A DNA stretch of 61,395 nt, counting the filler, from Dimargaris cristalligena (taxonomy: Eukaryota), in the NCBI GenBank assembly GCA_003614675.1. It is 4 parts of 4 records of this genome, joined end to end, with 100 filler letters (N's around TTAATTAATTAA, not from the genome) between each part and the next. Parts side by side here need not be neighbours in the genome. Positions count along the whole stretch, not along the records: positions 46,132 to 61,395 come from ML002901.1; 3 more parts are not named here. The stretch is one strand, 5' to 3'. Position 1 is the stretch's first letter. Each line of letters starts with the position of its first letter. The notes under the pieces are model-generated. The model saw only the letters and a list, made by a program, of their open reading frames with translations, ran no database searches and was not told where the DNA came from. Positions 48,153 to 59,184 of this stretch are shown piece by piece. The position numbers and the translations under genes were made by a program.

Positions 48153-50508
48153 TGTCGAAATGGTAAATATAGCGGAGCGGTAATACAAAAAAATTAGAAA
48201 TGCCCGTCCGGGTGCTTAGAGGGAGCTGACTATCGGAAATTATAGGCGAGTAGTAGTAAGAGGTATAGCAAGGCTATATGGTGTTGTAGGTAATTAAATA
48301 GTCCGGAAAGAGAGTATTTGGGGGAGTTTAAATAGTTCATGAAGGATGAAATCTGCTAGGTTTGGTTTTGCCATATATGTCTGTTTGTTTTACTCTGTGG
48401 ATTGGCGTCGTTTATCTCGCCTTCCCAGGATTGCGTAGGTTGACTGTTTCCAACCCGGCTGGATAGCATTACAAATGGACTGTCCTCACGAGCTTTGTTC
48501 ATGTACCCGTAGGATGAGGTGCGCTTCGCTATATTGCGTCTCAACCAGGTCTGTCGCCCGTTGCCTTTAATATGATTGACGGCTGGATCATTTGGATGAA
48601 CGACGTCGATTAGGCTTTTTGAAGCAACATCGCAACTCCGTAGATAGGTTTAGATGGATCGACTCTTTTTTTTTGGCGGATCTCTTTGATTGGCGACGAT
48701 TGCCAAAGTACCTTGCTTCCTATCAAAAATCGACGATCGATAGTGTAGTCCGCTACTTTACCTTTTCAACTACGTAGATGTGATCGCCTCCAATAGCCTG
48801 GTCGACTAGCTGGCACCTCATTGGGCTATGTAATGCGGGGAATGATCAGCGAAAATGGGATTGGCTAGCCTTACCAATGAATGTGGAATGCCCCCAAGAC
48901 TAGCCCAAATAGATATTATCTGGTAGATGTAGTAGTGATCTGTACCCGCACCGGACTCGTTGGCGCCATATCGCTAATAATCCACCGTGTAAAATATTAT
49001 TATCTTTTGTGAGCTAATCTGTAATTGCGCTGTAACAAGGCAGTGTAGTGTATGCCTGCGGTTTGTGGATGGCGGGAGTGTCCCAAATGCTGTCCACCAT
49101 TTCTCTCGCTGGGAGGTGTTGGACAGATTGATTGAAGTAATTTCCCTTAATTTGACAATACTCTAATTAACGGGGGATAGGGGGAGGGGTATAGGCGAGC
49201 GCCAAACTCTCCGATGTTAGGATGCTACTTATTGAGCAAATATCAATCCCCACGAAAAATTAAATGGCGACACCATTTAGACATGGGACCTGGGTATGAT
49301 TAAAACCCCCTGCGGTACTAGTCGATTAAAAAGGGATACTGCCTAATAAGATGAAACTATAGGTCATGAATAGAGGGGAGTTTAGTCTGGCAAATCATCG
49401 AGAGCTGGCGATCTAGTGTAGTTGCAGACTAGATCACCTGGTAAGGAGAGCGCAAGGTTTAATGGGAAACGGGTTAATTGTCGTATCTATGGGGACAAGA
49501 GAGACAGGTATAGTCCTTGCGGGAGAGCCGAGTGATAACCAGGGATACTGGGGTACTATTATTGTTATTATTATAACCAAATAATCGCTGGTTAATTAAC
49601 CAGATAATCAGTAGAGGAATGACTATAAGTCAAAGATACGATGATCTAAGCTCGACAAATGATAAGCAATGATTTAGGAAGAGACCAGGGGCTACTCGAC
49701 GATCAGGCGTCGGCTGGGCTGGTGGAGGGGTAGCCCTGGAGAATTAGTAGCGGCCACCGGATAGATAGTTTGGGGAGTGGTATTCGGAAATCCACAAAAA
49801 AGGAACTAGTCGGATGGATTAAACTGATTGGCAACACCCCCTTACTGTCGGAGGTTTGCCACTTTCCCCACCGCTCCCTGTTTCTCCGTTATAAGAGCCA
49901 GAGTAATCCCTAAAACGGAGCTTGGTCATTCCTTTCCCATTCTTGGGTCAATTAATAATCCCTATTTTTAAAAAGCCCTCTATTACCACAGTGTCAATAC
50001 GGGTTTAATGAAGTGCCTCAGGGATAGTAGGGGTGGCCCTGGCAGAGCTACACAGGCAAAATGGTTCATTATCTCTACTCCGGACCAGACAGAAAAAGGC
50101 ACTGGTTTGGTCTAAAAGCGAATGCCAGTGAATTCAGGTGTAACTTGATTAGTGGAGCTACAAATGTTCATTTTGCTTCCCATCAGCTACAGTCAGTAAA
50201 TATTCGACAATCCGTTCAATGGCTTGGCTTTACCACTGGTCCATCCATATATCCGCTTACTTCAGATCTTTTCCGACGTGTATTTTAATAGCCAGGCTCC
50301 CGTTTACTCACCGACCTACCATGCAATTTCCATTTGCGGTCCGCCGAATGGAATCGCTTAGTTCCCTCCGACGTTACGCAGGTCCGGTAGGACATTTCCT
50401 GGTTGGCCAAGTGGAAGGGAGGGGTGGTGGAGACATGCCACCTTTATGCTGGACTATTTTTATTAATTCGCATTAAGTAACCGTATTCCCTCCGGGAATT
50501 CGGAAGCC

Positions 50509-50560
50509 TGCTTCGTCTCTTTTTTTACCTAGTTGTACGTTTGCTTCGTCTCTTTTTTTT
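50509..50560. repeat. 18-bp direct repeat
   Basis: TGCTTCGTCTCTTTTTTT at 50509-50526 and 50542-50559. Confidence 0.8.
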
Positions 50561-50650
50561 GTATATACATATAATATTTTTTTCAACTGAAGGGGTTTTG
50601 TATCCCCCCCCATCCCCATTCTTACGCGCGCGTAACGCCCCCACAAAAAA

Positions 50651-50787
50651 ATGGGAGAAATTCATCCAAGCCGTATAACGAAAAATCCACTAGATTCGGC
50701 CAATATTATAGTTAAAAATACATTTCCCATATATTTTCCCATTCACGTATAATGTAAACCCTTATATAGCTGGGCCGAATTTCACCT
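50651..50787 (+). mobile_element. MITE copy in the promoter region of the secreted zinc-finger gene
   Basis: ATGGGAGAAATTCATCCAAGCCGTATAACGAAAAATCC...CCTTATATAGCTGGGCCGAATTTCACCT. Confidence 0.8.
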
Positions 50788-50921
50788 AAGTGCTTAAACT
50801 ACTTAAAGACCTTGAGCCGCTACTCATTTTATGAACGGTATCTCACTCATTCGTGACCCACATTACTCGTATCACTCACGCCGTAATCCATCCTAACTCA
50901 CCACCATTTTCCCTGCTCACC

Positions 50922-51257
50922 ATGCAGCTTCCCACTTTTACTTTGATGGCTGTGGCCGGTATGGCCTTGTTAGTGGTACCCGACTGCCAGGCGGTAACCA
51001 CGCCCGAGGACTACTGGACCTCCTCCTACAATAGTTCACCACATTTCGCCGACTCGAGCACCGAGGCCTCGGGTCCCAAACAACTGGTAGCCGCTACGAT
51101 CAAGGGTCGTCCATTATACATATGTCCCTACTGCTCTGTTCTAACCGCCGCGCGGGACTACCAAAACCACGTTGATGGATGCATCCATAAGAAAAGGGGG
51201 GCAGGATTCACCAAAGAGTACATTGACCTGTTGAAAGAAAGCCAAGCCGAGTCGTAA
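50922..51257 (+). CDS. Small secreted protein (111 aa) with a C2HC (UBZ4/Rad18-like) zinc finger
   Basis: Signal peptide MQLPTFTLMAVAGMALLVVPDCQA; CPYC-x11-H-VDG-C followed by HKKRG. Confidence 0.7.
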   Translation: MQLPTFTLMAVAGMALLVVPDCQAVTTPEDYWTSSYNSSPHFADSSTEASGPKQLVAATIKGRPLYICPYCSVLTAARDYQNHVDGCIHKKRGAGFTKEYIDLLKESQAES

Positions 51258-52188
51258 ACCTTGGGAGAATACCCTAACCCAAAAAGTAGGCCCTAGTCGT
51301 ATCCAATACAATAAAATACCCAGATTGCGAATCCGCGGTCCTGTCGGTAATATGGTAATTTATCCTTTCAATCAACGGTATGCTCAACGCAAAATAAACA
51401 CCCCTCAAAATCCCCCGCGCAAGCAAATCCTTCCCAAGCCCGACTAACCCCGCCTGGGGTCCGACTCCGATCACAACTTATTTACCACCTTGCTATTGCT
51501 TGTTTTCAGCCGTCACTTTGACACTCCCCTCTCCTCTATCCAGGCTTTTGCCTTATTTAGCATCTATTAGTCAATAGAAAATAGTTCCTGTTTATCTAAA
51601 ATCGCGTGTCGATCGCCAAGCGGCTCTCACTCTTAGCGACTAGGTTAAACCCCTGTCCCACATTAGGTATCGGAGCGATGCTTTACTTTACTTTGCTATG
51701 CTATGCTAGTGACCACCAGCAATATAGCCAGGGATGCAAGCGGAGGTGTTGAATACCGAATAGTTCTCCTACGGAGACTCATAAGATTTATCCTACGGTC
51801 ACCTCTGTCACATAAGTCTCGTTGACATATAAATCATACCGTCTAGGCCCATATTCCTACGAAGCATCCGTAACGATGCTTTGCTATAAGCGGGTTTCCA
51901 ATGGTCCATTGCTTTATTAATGTAGTAACCCTGTGGATTCTGTCATTCTGGTTTTACATTACACAATCGATCAGTCACCACATACCAAATATAGATGAAA
52001 ACTCCAAAAAACAAAGGCAGCTTAGTAGTTTATTCTCCATTGTTTTTTTTAAAAAACAGCAACAACAACTACAAATAATAAAAAAAGTAAAGACAATCTC
52101 AGCCCTATGGCTGTGTGATCAAACAATAGTAGTTTTAAACGCCCACGTCAATATCATTTTCCAGCACAGGGGAGGTGTGTGTGTGATC

Positions 52189-53658
52189 CTATTTCTTGGG
52201 ATTGGCGGTGACGTTGAACTTGAAGAAGATGATATCACCATCTTCCACCACGTAGTCCTTGCCCTTCTGGAGGTACCGACCGGCCGCCTTGACGCCGGCT
52301 TCGGAGCCGTTTTCGACCAAATCGGTGTACTTCATGACTTCGGCCATGATAAAACCCCGCTCAAAGTCGGTATGGATAGTCCCGGCGGCCTGGGGGGCCT
52401 TGGTATTACGGCGGATGGTCCAGGCCCGCACTTCATCGGGTCCCCCGGTGAAGAAGTAGACCAACTGGAGGGCCTGGTAACCGGCCACGATGATTTTGGG
52501 GAGCGACGAAGCGGTACCCAGGGCCTTTAATTCGGCTTCCCGGGCGGCCTGGTCGGGCAGATCGGCCAATTCGGACTCGAGGGCCCCGCTAAAGGGAATG
52601 AGCAGATCCCCGGGGTTGTGCTTATCGATCCATTCCTTGATGGGGAGCAGGTACTTGTTCTTCTTACGGATGAAGTCCTTCTTGCTCAGATTCACCAGAT
52701 AAATCACGGGCTTAGCGGTCAACAACAGCAAACGGTTAATCACATCTACTTCCTTGTTGTTCCAGTCCCCTTTACGGACGTCCTGGTCACCTTCGACAAA
52801 GGCCAAAACCTTTTTGGCTACTTCGAGTTCCTCCTTCTTGGCCTTGTCCGCCCCGGAAACATTGGTGCCCAGGCGCGATATGCCCTTACCCGCCTGTTCA
52901 ATGTGCTTGGTCAAAAACTCAATGTCCTTGAGGCGGAGTTCCTGGTGGATGATTTCCATATCGCGGGTGGGGTCCACTTCGCCCTCCACGTGCACCACAT
53001 CGGCCTCGTCAAAGGCCCGCACCATATGGAAAATGGCATCGACCGACCGGACGTGGCTCAAGAAGGCATTGCCCAGACCCTCCCCGGACGAAGCGCCCTT
53101 GACCAGACCGGCGATATCAATGACGGTCAAATAGGCGGGCACTTTGCTGGCGGGCTTGAAGTGGTCGCACAGCCAGTCGAAACGGGCATCGGGCACGGCC
53201 ACGCGGGATTCCTCGGGGTCGATGGTACAGAACGGGTAGTTCTCGGCCGCGGAGGCACTGTTGGTCAGCGTGTTGAAGAACGTCGACTTGCCCACATTGG
53301 GCAGACCCACCACACCGATCTTCAAGTTGTTGGACGGGCGACCGAGCAGGATTTTCTCTTCCTTGACCTGTTTCTTGGGGGGCATCTTGGCTTTCTTTTT
53401 GGCGAAAAGGGGATTGGCGGAGCGGTGGAAGAAGGCGCGCGGGGGGGAAAAGGATAGTGACGGTCGATAACGGTGGTGGTGGGAGGGGAGAGTAGAGATC
53501 AACGACGCTGGGGATGGTCGGGTGACAATAAAGGAGAAGAAGGCCAAGGGGGGGAAGCGTAAAGAAGGCGAGAGATGGGAATAGGTAGCAGGGGAGCCAA
53601 CCGGAGGGGAAGGGAGAAAGGATAGAGGCCGAAGCAGGAGGATCGAACGTTGCGACAT
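52189..53658 (-). CDS. OLA1: Obg-like ATPase Ola1/YchF (core starts at MPPKK, 53385; in-frame upstream ATG at 53658)
   Basis: [41 protein letters not shown], and a TGS domain ([14 protein letters not shown]...[10 protein letters not shown]). Confidence 0.97.
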   Translation of the reverse strand: MSQRSILLLRPLSFLPSPPVGSPATYSHLSPSLRFPPLAFFSFIVTRPSPASLISTLPSHHHRYRPSLSFSPPRAFFHRSANPLFAKKKAKMPPKKQVKEEKILLGRPSNNLKIGVVGLPNVGKSTFFNTLTNSASAAENYPFCTIDPEESRVAVPDARFDWLCDHFKPASKVPAYLTVIDIAGLVKGASSGEGLGNAFLSHVRSVDAIFHMVRAFDEADVVHVEGEVDPTRDMEIIHQELRLKDIEFLTKHIEQAGKGISRLGTNVSGADKAKKEELEVAKKVLAFVEGDQDVRKGDWNNKEVDVINRLLLLTAKPVIYLVNLSKKDFIRKKNKYLLPIKEWIDKHNPGDLLIPFSGALESELADLPDQAAREAELKALGTASSLPKIIVAGYQALQLVYFFTGGPDEVRAWTIRRNTKAPQAAGTIHTDFERGFIMAEVMKYTDLVENGSEAGVKAAGRYLQKGKDYVVEDGDIIFFKFNVTANPKK

Positions 53659-54465
53659 GACGCTGCCCTAGGGTACTGGAAAGCAAGAGAGAGCAGGGTG
53701 GGTGGGAGGAGAACAGTGGCTATGGGCCTAACCAGAAAAAAAAATCGGGCAGTGTTCTTATGGGCAATTAACATACATACTCCTCTCCCCCCCATCCTTA
53801 GTGGCAAAGGCCCATCATTTGTAAATACTGTGAAATACACCTCATGCCGCCGTTTGCCGTTATCAACCCGCCTACCTTCGTGTCTATAGTCCAGATATAA
53901 AAGGGGAGTTATCCGTCGACTATCATATCCAAACACAGAAACGGCATGATATGGACAAAACACCCATTCAACTAAACTGAGAAAAGGGAGGACAACCTAT
54001 TACAGCAGCCCATTGTAGTATCTATTGGTAGACAGATACTATAGCGAAACAAGGAGATTATGGTTTATTACACAGTATTTACAGATAATACAGCTGTCCA
54101 AAGAATGGGGAGCAACAGGTCAGAATTTCATCCAAACACAACAAACTAGCGAAGTAGATACCGCCAAGTCTCTTTCGAAATAGGTTCCGATCTCTAGCTC
54201 TGGCACGTACGACTAAAAGATGGCGGTTTTGAACAGTCTGTGGAAACAAATAAGAATTTACAATTACATGGGCAAACAAAAAATTCCGATATGCCGCGAA
54301 TCAAGTCGGTACCGCAAACGGGGTGTAAGGACCGTGGAGGTCCCAAGTAAGCAAGTCATGGGCATCGCTAATAAATAATCGTGGAGAGCGAAAAGGTACA
54401 TAACTTCGATTTAGGTGGGGCGGAGTAGTGTCCGGGCGATATAAATGGTCGTCTGGGGCCATTCC

Positions 54466-57400
54466 TTATTTCGATTTCATGGATGCGATAGGTCGGGGGG
54501 GCGTTACTGCTAACTGAGGCGCGCGGGTTAATTTAGTAACCGCTAATCCAAGGTTCTTGGGTTTGGTGGGGGTCCGAAGACATTGTACCAGCGTGGAAGG
54601 GGCTGGTTTCGGTGGGCCGGGCTGGATACTAGTGGCGGGAGCCAACGATGGGTAGGTCGGTATTGAGCGGGGCGTCGAAGTCGGTGCCAATTCGGGCAAG
54701 GGTTCGATGCCGGAGGTGATTTGAGAAAGCACCGACGTAGCCTTGGTGCCAGGTGCTCGCTTGCGGTGAGGCTGGCGGTTACTTAAACTGGCCCAAGCCG
54801 AGCGCAGAGCGAAACTGGGGCGGTGCTTAATAATCTTACGGTTGACGGTGCGGAATCGTTTACCATATACACCCACCGCCGAGCGCAAAATTTCCCCTTC
54901 CTCCAAGGTAAAGGGTTTAATTTGCAACAGTAGAAAAGATTTAACGGGGTTGCTCTTGACCCGGCGGGCCTTGAGGTTGCCAATCCGATTTTCAATTTGC
55001 CGGTTTGATTTGGTAGGGAGCAGGTGGCTTCGAATGGAGTTTTTATCGTCCTGGCCGAAAAATCGCAATCCAAAGAGAAGCAGGTTGTCTTCGGAATTGA
55101 AGAAGGTGACCCGACTCCGGTAGCGGGAACTCACAATACGGGGAAGCAGATCGGGGTGGAAAATGGGGCGACAGGCGGTTAGGTAGTCGTCCACGCAGGC
55201 CGGAAGGGACATGGGCGTGATATTAGCCAATTCCCAGGTAGTGCCACTCACCACATCATCAGACTCCTTCACCTTAGTCTTCCGCCACTTGGGCTTACGG
55301 AAATCCCGCTGAAACTGAGGCACATCACTGGTATCCAGGCTGGGAAGGGAAACAATGGCGGATCGGAGTGGGTCGGCTATGGTGAACCGGGGGGGCAGAT
55401 CAGTAGTAGTAGTAGTGGTGGGTTGGGGGACCTCCAGCACGTGATATAAAAGATAGTGGGTGTAGGCGGCAATCTGAGGGGCCCCGATAATCCGATAAAA
55501 TGAGTTACGATCGTCCACCCCCGTCTCTAGTGCGTAGGAATCGTACTCCAGAAGGGAGTCTAACTGGCCCTGCCAGTGCCTGGCCACCTCCGTAGTTTGG
55601 CCCTGGGTGACGGTTTCCAGAACCAAAGCTTGGGCGACAATCTGTAAATTGGCCTGCATCTGGCGGCGTAACGTGACCATTTGTTCGGCGGAGAAGAGTG
55701 AAGCGGAGTCCGATTTCTCCGAGTCCCCGTTCGGGAACGCCAATGGGTCAGCATTAGCCATACCATCTCGGTACAGTCCATCGTACTCCTGGCGTGAGAT
55801 GCGGCAGGCAAAATCTTGACGGAGCTCCTCTTGGCTTTCGATTCGAGGACCCAGTGGGTTGTCGTCATACTCCTCGTCGTCACTAAGATCCTCCGGGAAG
55901 ATGGCGTGGGAGGGGGCCAGGGAAGGAGCGTCGAGTCGCCAAGGTTTACCGAAAGCAGCAGATGGGGTAGATACCGCCAAGTTAAACGAGCCCGCCGTAG
56001 TGGTGCTACTGGCCTCATCGACAGCCACTGTCGTATTCCTAGCTTCAGAGTTCGCCTCCGAGGCCGAATACTGGTGCGGGATTGAGTCGATGACCATGCT
56101 AGCCGTAAAACCGCCATCGGGATTCGGGCCAGCCGAATAGGCGGATTCAGGAACAGCAAAGCTCATTGGACTATCATTCTGAAGACTACGGAGAAAATCA
56201 GCGTAGACCTTGGTGTCTGGGTCGTCACTGTCCTGCCAAATCAAGGCTCTCGGGGCAGGAAAATGGGGTATTCCAGTCACGGTGGGTGAGGAGGGTAGAG
56301 TACGTTCATCGGATACAATAGGTTTAGAGGAGGGCAATGGCCGTAGTGGAGTCAGCCTAGGCCGCTGAGTGGGATGTGATGGCTTTAAGCGGGCCGGAGA
56401 AAATGGCTGGGAAAAAGGGGGTGAGACACGAGTCTCGGTGGCAAGGAGAAGTGGTTGTGCAGAGAAATCTTCCTTGCGCCCGCTTGGGTATTCGTAGTCA
56501 ATTGTATTATCATTGTCCTCTTCATCGTCTTCGAATTCAAGTTCGGACTGAGCATCGCTTCCCGAATCACCCAGATCTTCGTCATCGTTGTCGCCGTCTT
56601 CTTCTTCATCGTCACTGATATTTTCATCGCTATACGAATCATCATTATCTTCTTCGGCCTCAATCGCCAAAGAACCTGCCGGGGCGCCCGGGCTTGTTTG
56701 AAAGGGGTCGTCCTCGTTTCTACCCGAACCTTCCAATGATGCGTTAACATCAGGTAATCCGGGCTGGGCTGTTTCGGGGTCAGTGGCTTCGGAGCCATCG
56801 AAGGATATTTGAAGTGGAAAGTAACTCGACTCCATCGAAGGCTGTAGTGTATGGGTCCCAAAATCAAATCCCGGTACAATCGAATGGATATCCCAGGCTT
56901 GGGAGATGGTGGTGGCTGAATCGGGAAGAGCGGGCGTGACAAATGGGTCGTCGGCTTGGAAAGGAACCGCAAAAGTTGAGTTGAAGAGTTCTTCTGGTGC
57001 GAGTGGGAAAAGGGGTAATGGTGGGTCACTTAGGGTTGTTTGGGGATTCTGGCGAAACTCGATATTACTATGGGCCGCCGACACGGCTTGGTCCATGCCG
57101 GCTCGTTGGTGGAGTGAGCTGGATGGGAGGGAGACGGAGGAAGCCTCCGATTTGTAGGGAGCCACATCATCCCGAAGACTGCGGAGTATTTGGGGATCCA
57201 ATGCGGGGGTGGTTGTACTCCAGCATTGAAGTAGGTCCTGGTCCGGCCAGGAGGTAGGTAAGCGTAAAGCGTGGAGGGCAATGCTATGTTTCAACTGGTT
57301 GACGGGCGAATTAGGGTCGGCAAAGTCTAGGATCATAGTCTCGAGTACTTGGATATAATAGGGATGCTGCCATATGGAAGAAAATTGAGGAGGGGTGGGG

Positions 57401-57945
57401 TCAGCCTCGGGGAGGTGAGGCGGTGGGGTAGACGAGGTGACGGTGAGTACTGTGGTGGGTGGGGGACTTGGGGGAGTGGGTTCGGCAGAGTGGCTCGCCG
57501 CGGGTTTCGTGGTGGGAGTGGTTTCGGGCCGGATGCGCTTCAGCGGCAACTTGCGGGTGGGAGTGGCCTGGGGCGAATCGGACTCGACGGTTTTCCGCTT
57601 ATTCTTGTTCTGCGACCTGACGGTAGGTGAATGGATGGTGACGTGTGGCGGAGTGAGGCTGGTGGACGCAGCGGAAGTGGACGGGGTAGAGGCGGAGGGT
57701 GGGGCAGGTTGCTGCTGCTCCTCCTCACCGTCGCTCTCGATAACGTGAACGTAATTGAGGACCTGTGGGCCCAGGTAAGCGAGAATGTGGGCCCAGCGGA
57801 GCTGGCATTGCTTGACTGAGCGAGTACCAACCCAACGGGCGACGAGATTCCAACGGTTTTGGCCGTATTTCTTGACGCAGCGCAATAGCTGGCGGTCCTC
57901 TTCAAAGCCCCATTTCGATATTCGCTTCTTCTTGCCGGTTGACAT
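54466..57945 (-). CDS. Myb/SANT-domain nuclear protein of the GON4L/YY1AP1/DUO3 type (~1159 aa)
   Basis: N-terminal Myb (WGFEEDRQLL...W...RSVKQCQLRW), acidic middle, blocks VYADFLRSL, EELRQDFACRISRQE and FSAEQMVTLRRQMQANLQIVAQ, and C-terminal FFNSEDNLLLFGLRFFG...LLPTKSNRQIENRIGNL...NPVK. Confidence 0.8.
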   Translation of the reverse strand: MSTGKKKRISKWGFEEDRQLLRCVKKYGQNRWNLVARWVGTRSVKQCQLRWAHILAYLGPQVLNYVHVIESDGEEEQQQPAPPSASTPSTSAASTSLTPPHVTIHSPTVRSQNKNKRKTVESDSPQATPTRKLPLKRIRPETTPTTKPAASHSAEPTPPSPPPTTVLTVTSSTPPPHLPEADPTPPQFSSIWQHPYYIQVLETMILDFADPNSPVNQLKHSIALHALRLPTSWPDQDLLQCWSTTTPALDPQILRSLRDDVAPYKSEASSVSLPSSSLHQRAGMDQAVSAAHSNIEFRQNPQTTLSDPPLPLFPLAPEELFNSTFAVPFQADDPFVTPALPDSATTISQAWDIHSIVPGFDFGTHTLQPSMESSYFPLQISFDGSEATDPETAQPGLPDVNASLEGSGRNEDDPFQTSPGAPAGSLAIEAEEDNDDSYSDENISDDEEEDGDNDDEDLGDSGSDAQSELEFEDDEEDNDNTIDYEYPSGRKEDFSAQPLLLATETRVSPPFSQPFSPARLKPSHPTQRPRLTPLRPLPSSKPIVSDERTLPSSPTVTGIPHFPAPRALIWQDSDDPDTKVYADFLRSLQNDSPMSFAVPESAYSAGPNPDGGFTASMVIDSIPHQYSASEANSEARNTTVAVDEASSTTTAGSFNLAVSTPSAAFGKPWRLDAPSLAPSHAIFPEDLSDDEEYDDNPLGPRIESQEELRQDFACRISRQEYDGLYRDGMANADPLAFPNGDSEKSDSASLFSAEQMVTLRRQMQANLQIVAQALVLETVTQGQTTEVARHWQGQLDSLLEYDSYALETGVDDRNSFYRIIGAPQIAAYTHYLLYHVLEVPQPTTTTTTDLPPRFTIADPLRSAIVSLPSLDTSDVPQFQRDFRKPKWRKTKVKESDDVVSGTTWELANITPMSLPACVDDYLTACRPIFHPDLLPRIVSSRYRSRVTFFNSEDNLLLFGLRFFGQDDKNSIRSHLLPTKSNRQIENRIGNLKARRVKSNPVKSFLLLQIKPFTLEEGEILRSAVGVYGKRFRTVNRKIIKHRPSFALRSAWASLSNRQPHRKRAPGTKATSVLSQITSGIEPLPELAPTSTPRSIPTYPSLAPATSIQPGPPKPAPSTLVQCLRTPTKPKNLGLAVTKLTRAPQLAVTPPRPIASMKSK

Positions 57946-58159
57946 CACAGGGGAGGGCGCGGGATGAAACGGCGGGCTAAAGCGTGGAATGGCCGAAGGT
58001 GGGCTGGCCAGAGAAAAAAGGAGTGCTTGGGAGGTAAGAGGCGCGAGTATCAAAGGTAAGAACACGAAAGAAAATGGCGAGGGAGAGAGAGAGAGAGAAA
58101 GAGGACAAGGTAGGGAGTATAGTAGATAGGTGGAGAAAGAAGGGTTAAACCCATAGAAA

Positions 58160-58205
58160 AAGAGGGAAGGCAAGAGAGGAAGGCAAGAGAGGAAGGCAAG
58201 AGAGG
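58160..58205. repeat. 13-bp purine tandem repeat (GAGGAAGGCAAGA)x3 in the 5' region of the Myb gene
   Basis: Directly visible tandem units. Confidence 0.8.
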
Positions 58206-59184
58206 GAGAGGGAAGGATATATACAGGCCGAGGGAGAAGGTGCCCGTATGCGCATATAGGCAGGCGGGGACAGGATTGAAGGAAAGAAAATGAAAGGAGA
58301 GGTGACGGGGGGTAGAAGCGGTCGGATAAGGAAGGGCGCGTGGCCGGAGACCAGGTATCGTCCCCCCGCCGGACCTAACGGGCGACAGCGAAGGGTAAGG
58401 CGTGGGACAGGCCAAGTGCGGGTATGAATGACGACCTAAGCTTGCCTCAATATCGAGCGGCTGCATTCCCGCCACCGCTGCTAAGGGGAGATATGCAGCG
58501 GGTAGCTAAATCACCATCCGTTTGTGTGCATGTTTGGGTTTTGGCTACCCACCGGGCCAATCACCAACCGCGCTTTTGCTTACCCAACAACACCTGCCGT
58601 CTCGTCTGCTTCGATAGATGCTCCTATTATAGAGATTTCGCCGGTCCCATCCTTGCCATAGGGCTATATTCGGAAATAGGGCCACTGTCGTATCGGAAAT
58701 ATCGGCACTCCAAACTGCCGGGTCTCTCTCTCTCTGGCATCATTACACTTGACCTCAATGCCATGGACATTTCTATATTAGGAAGGTTAGATACCCACCC
58801 CTGTAGATTCACCTATCCGATGCCACGCTTCATTATCTAACTAACCATAGGCCTTGGAGTCAGGGCGGGACGATGATTCGGCCACTAATTGACCCATCCA
58901 GAAGACGGACAACTCCCCCAACCCCCCATATAACAACGGTACTACGAGTAATATTGAGAAAAAAATAAGCGGGAATTACCTCGATTCAGCACATGTGGGG
59001 CTTGGGTCACTCCATTTTCCCTCTCACTTGGGGGACCATGTTGCTGCTATTCGACCTAGATCTCCCCATGTTGCTAGCTATTTAATCCTCCTTCCCTAAT
59101 CGCACCCCGCCATTGCTTTGTGGGCTCGGCCAATCGATACATTCCTCCTGTGGTATACCCTTCCTACCCCTCCCGTTTAGCACC

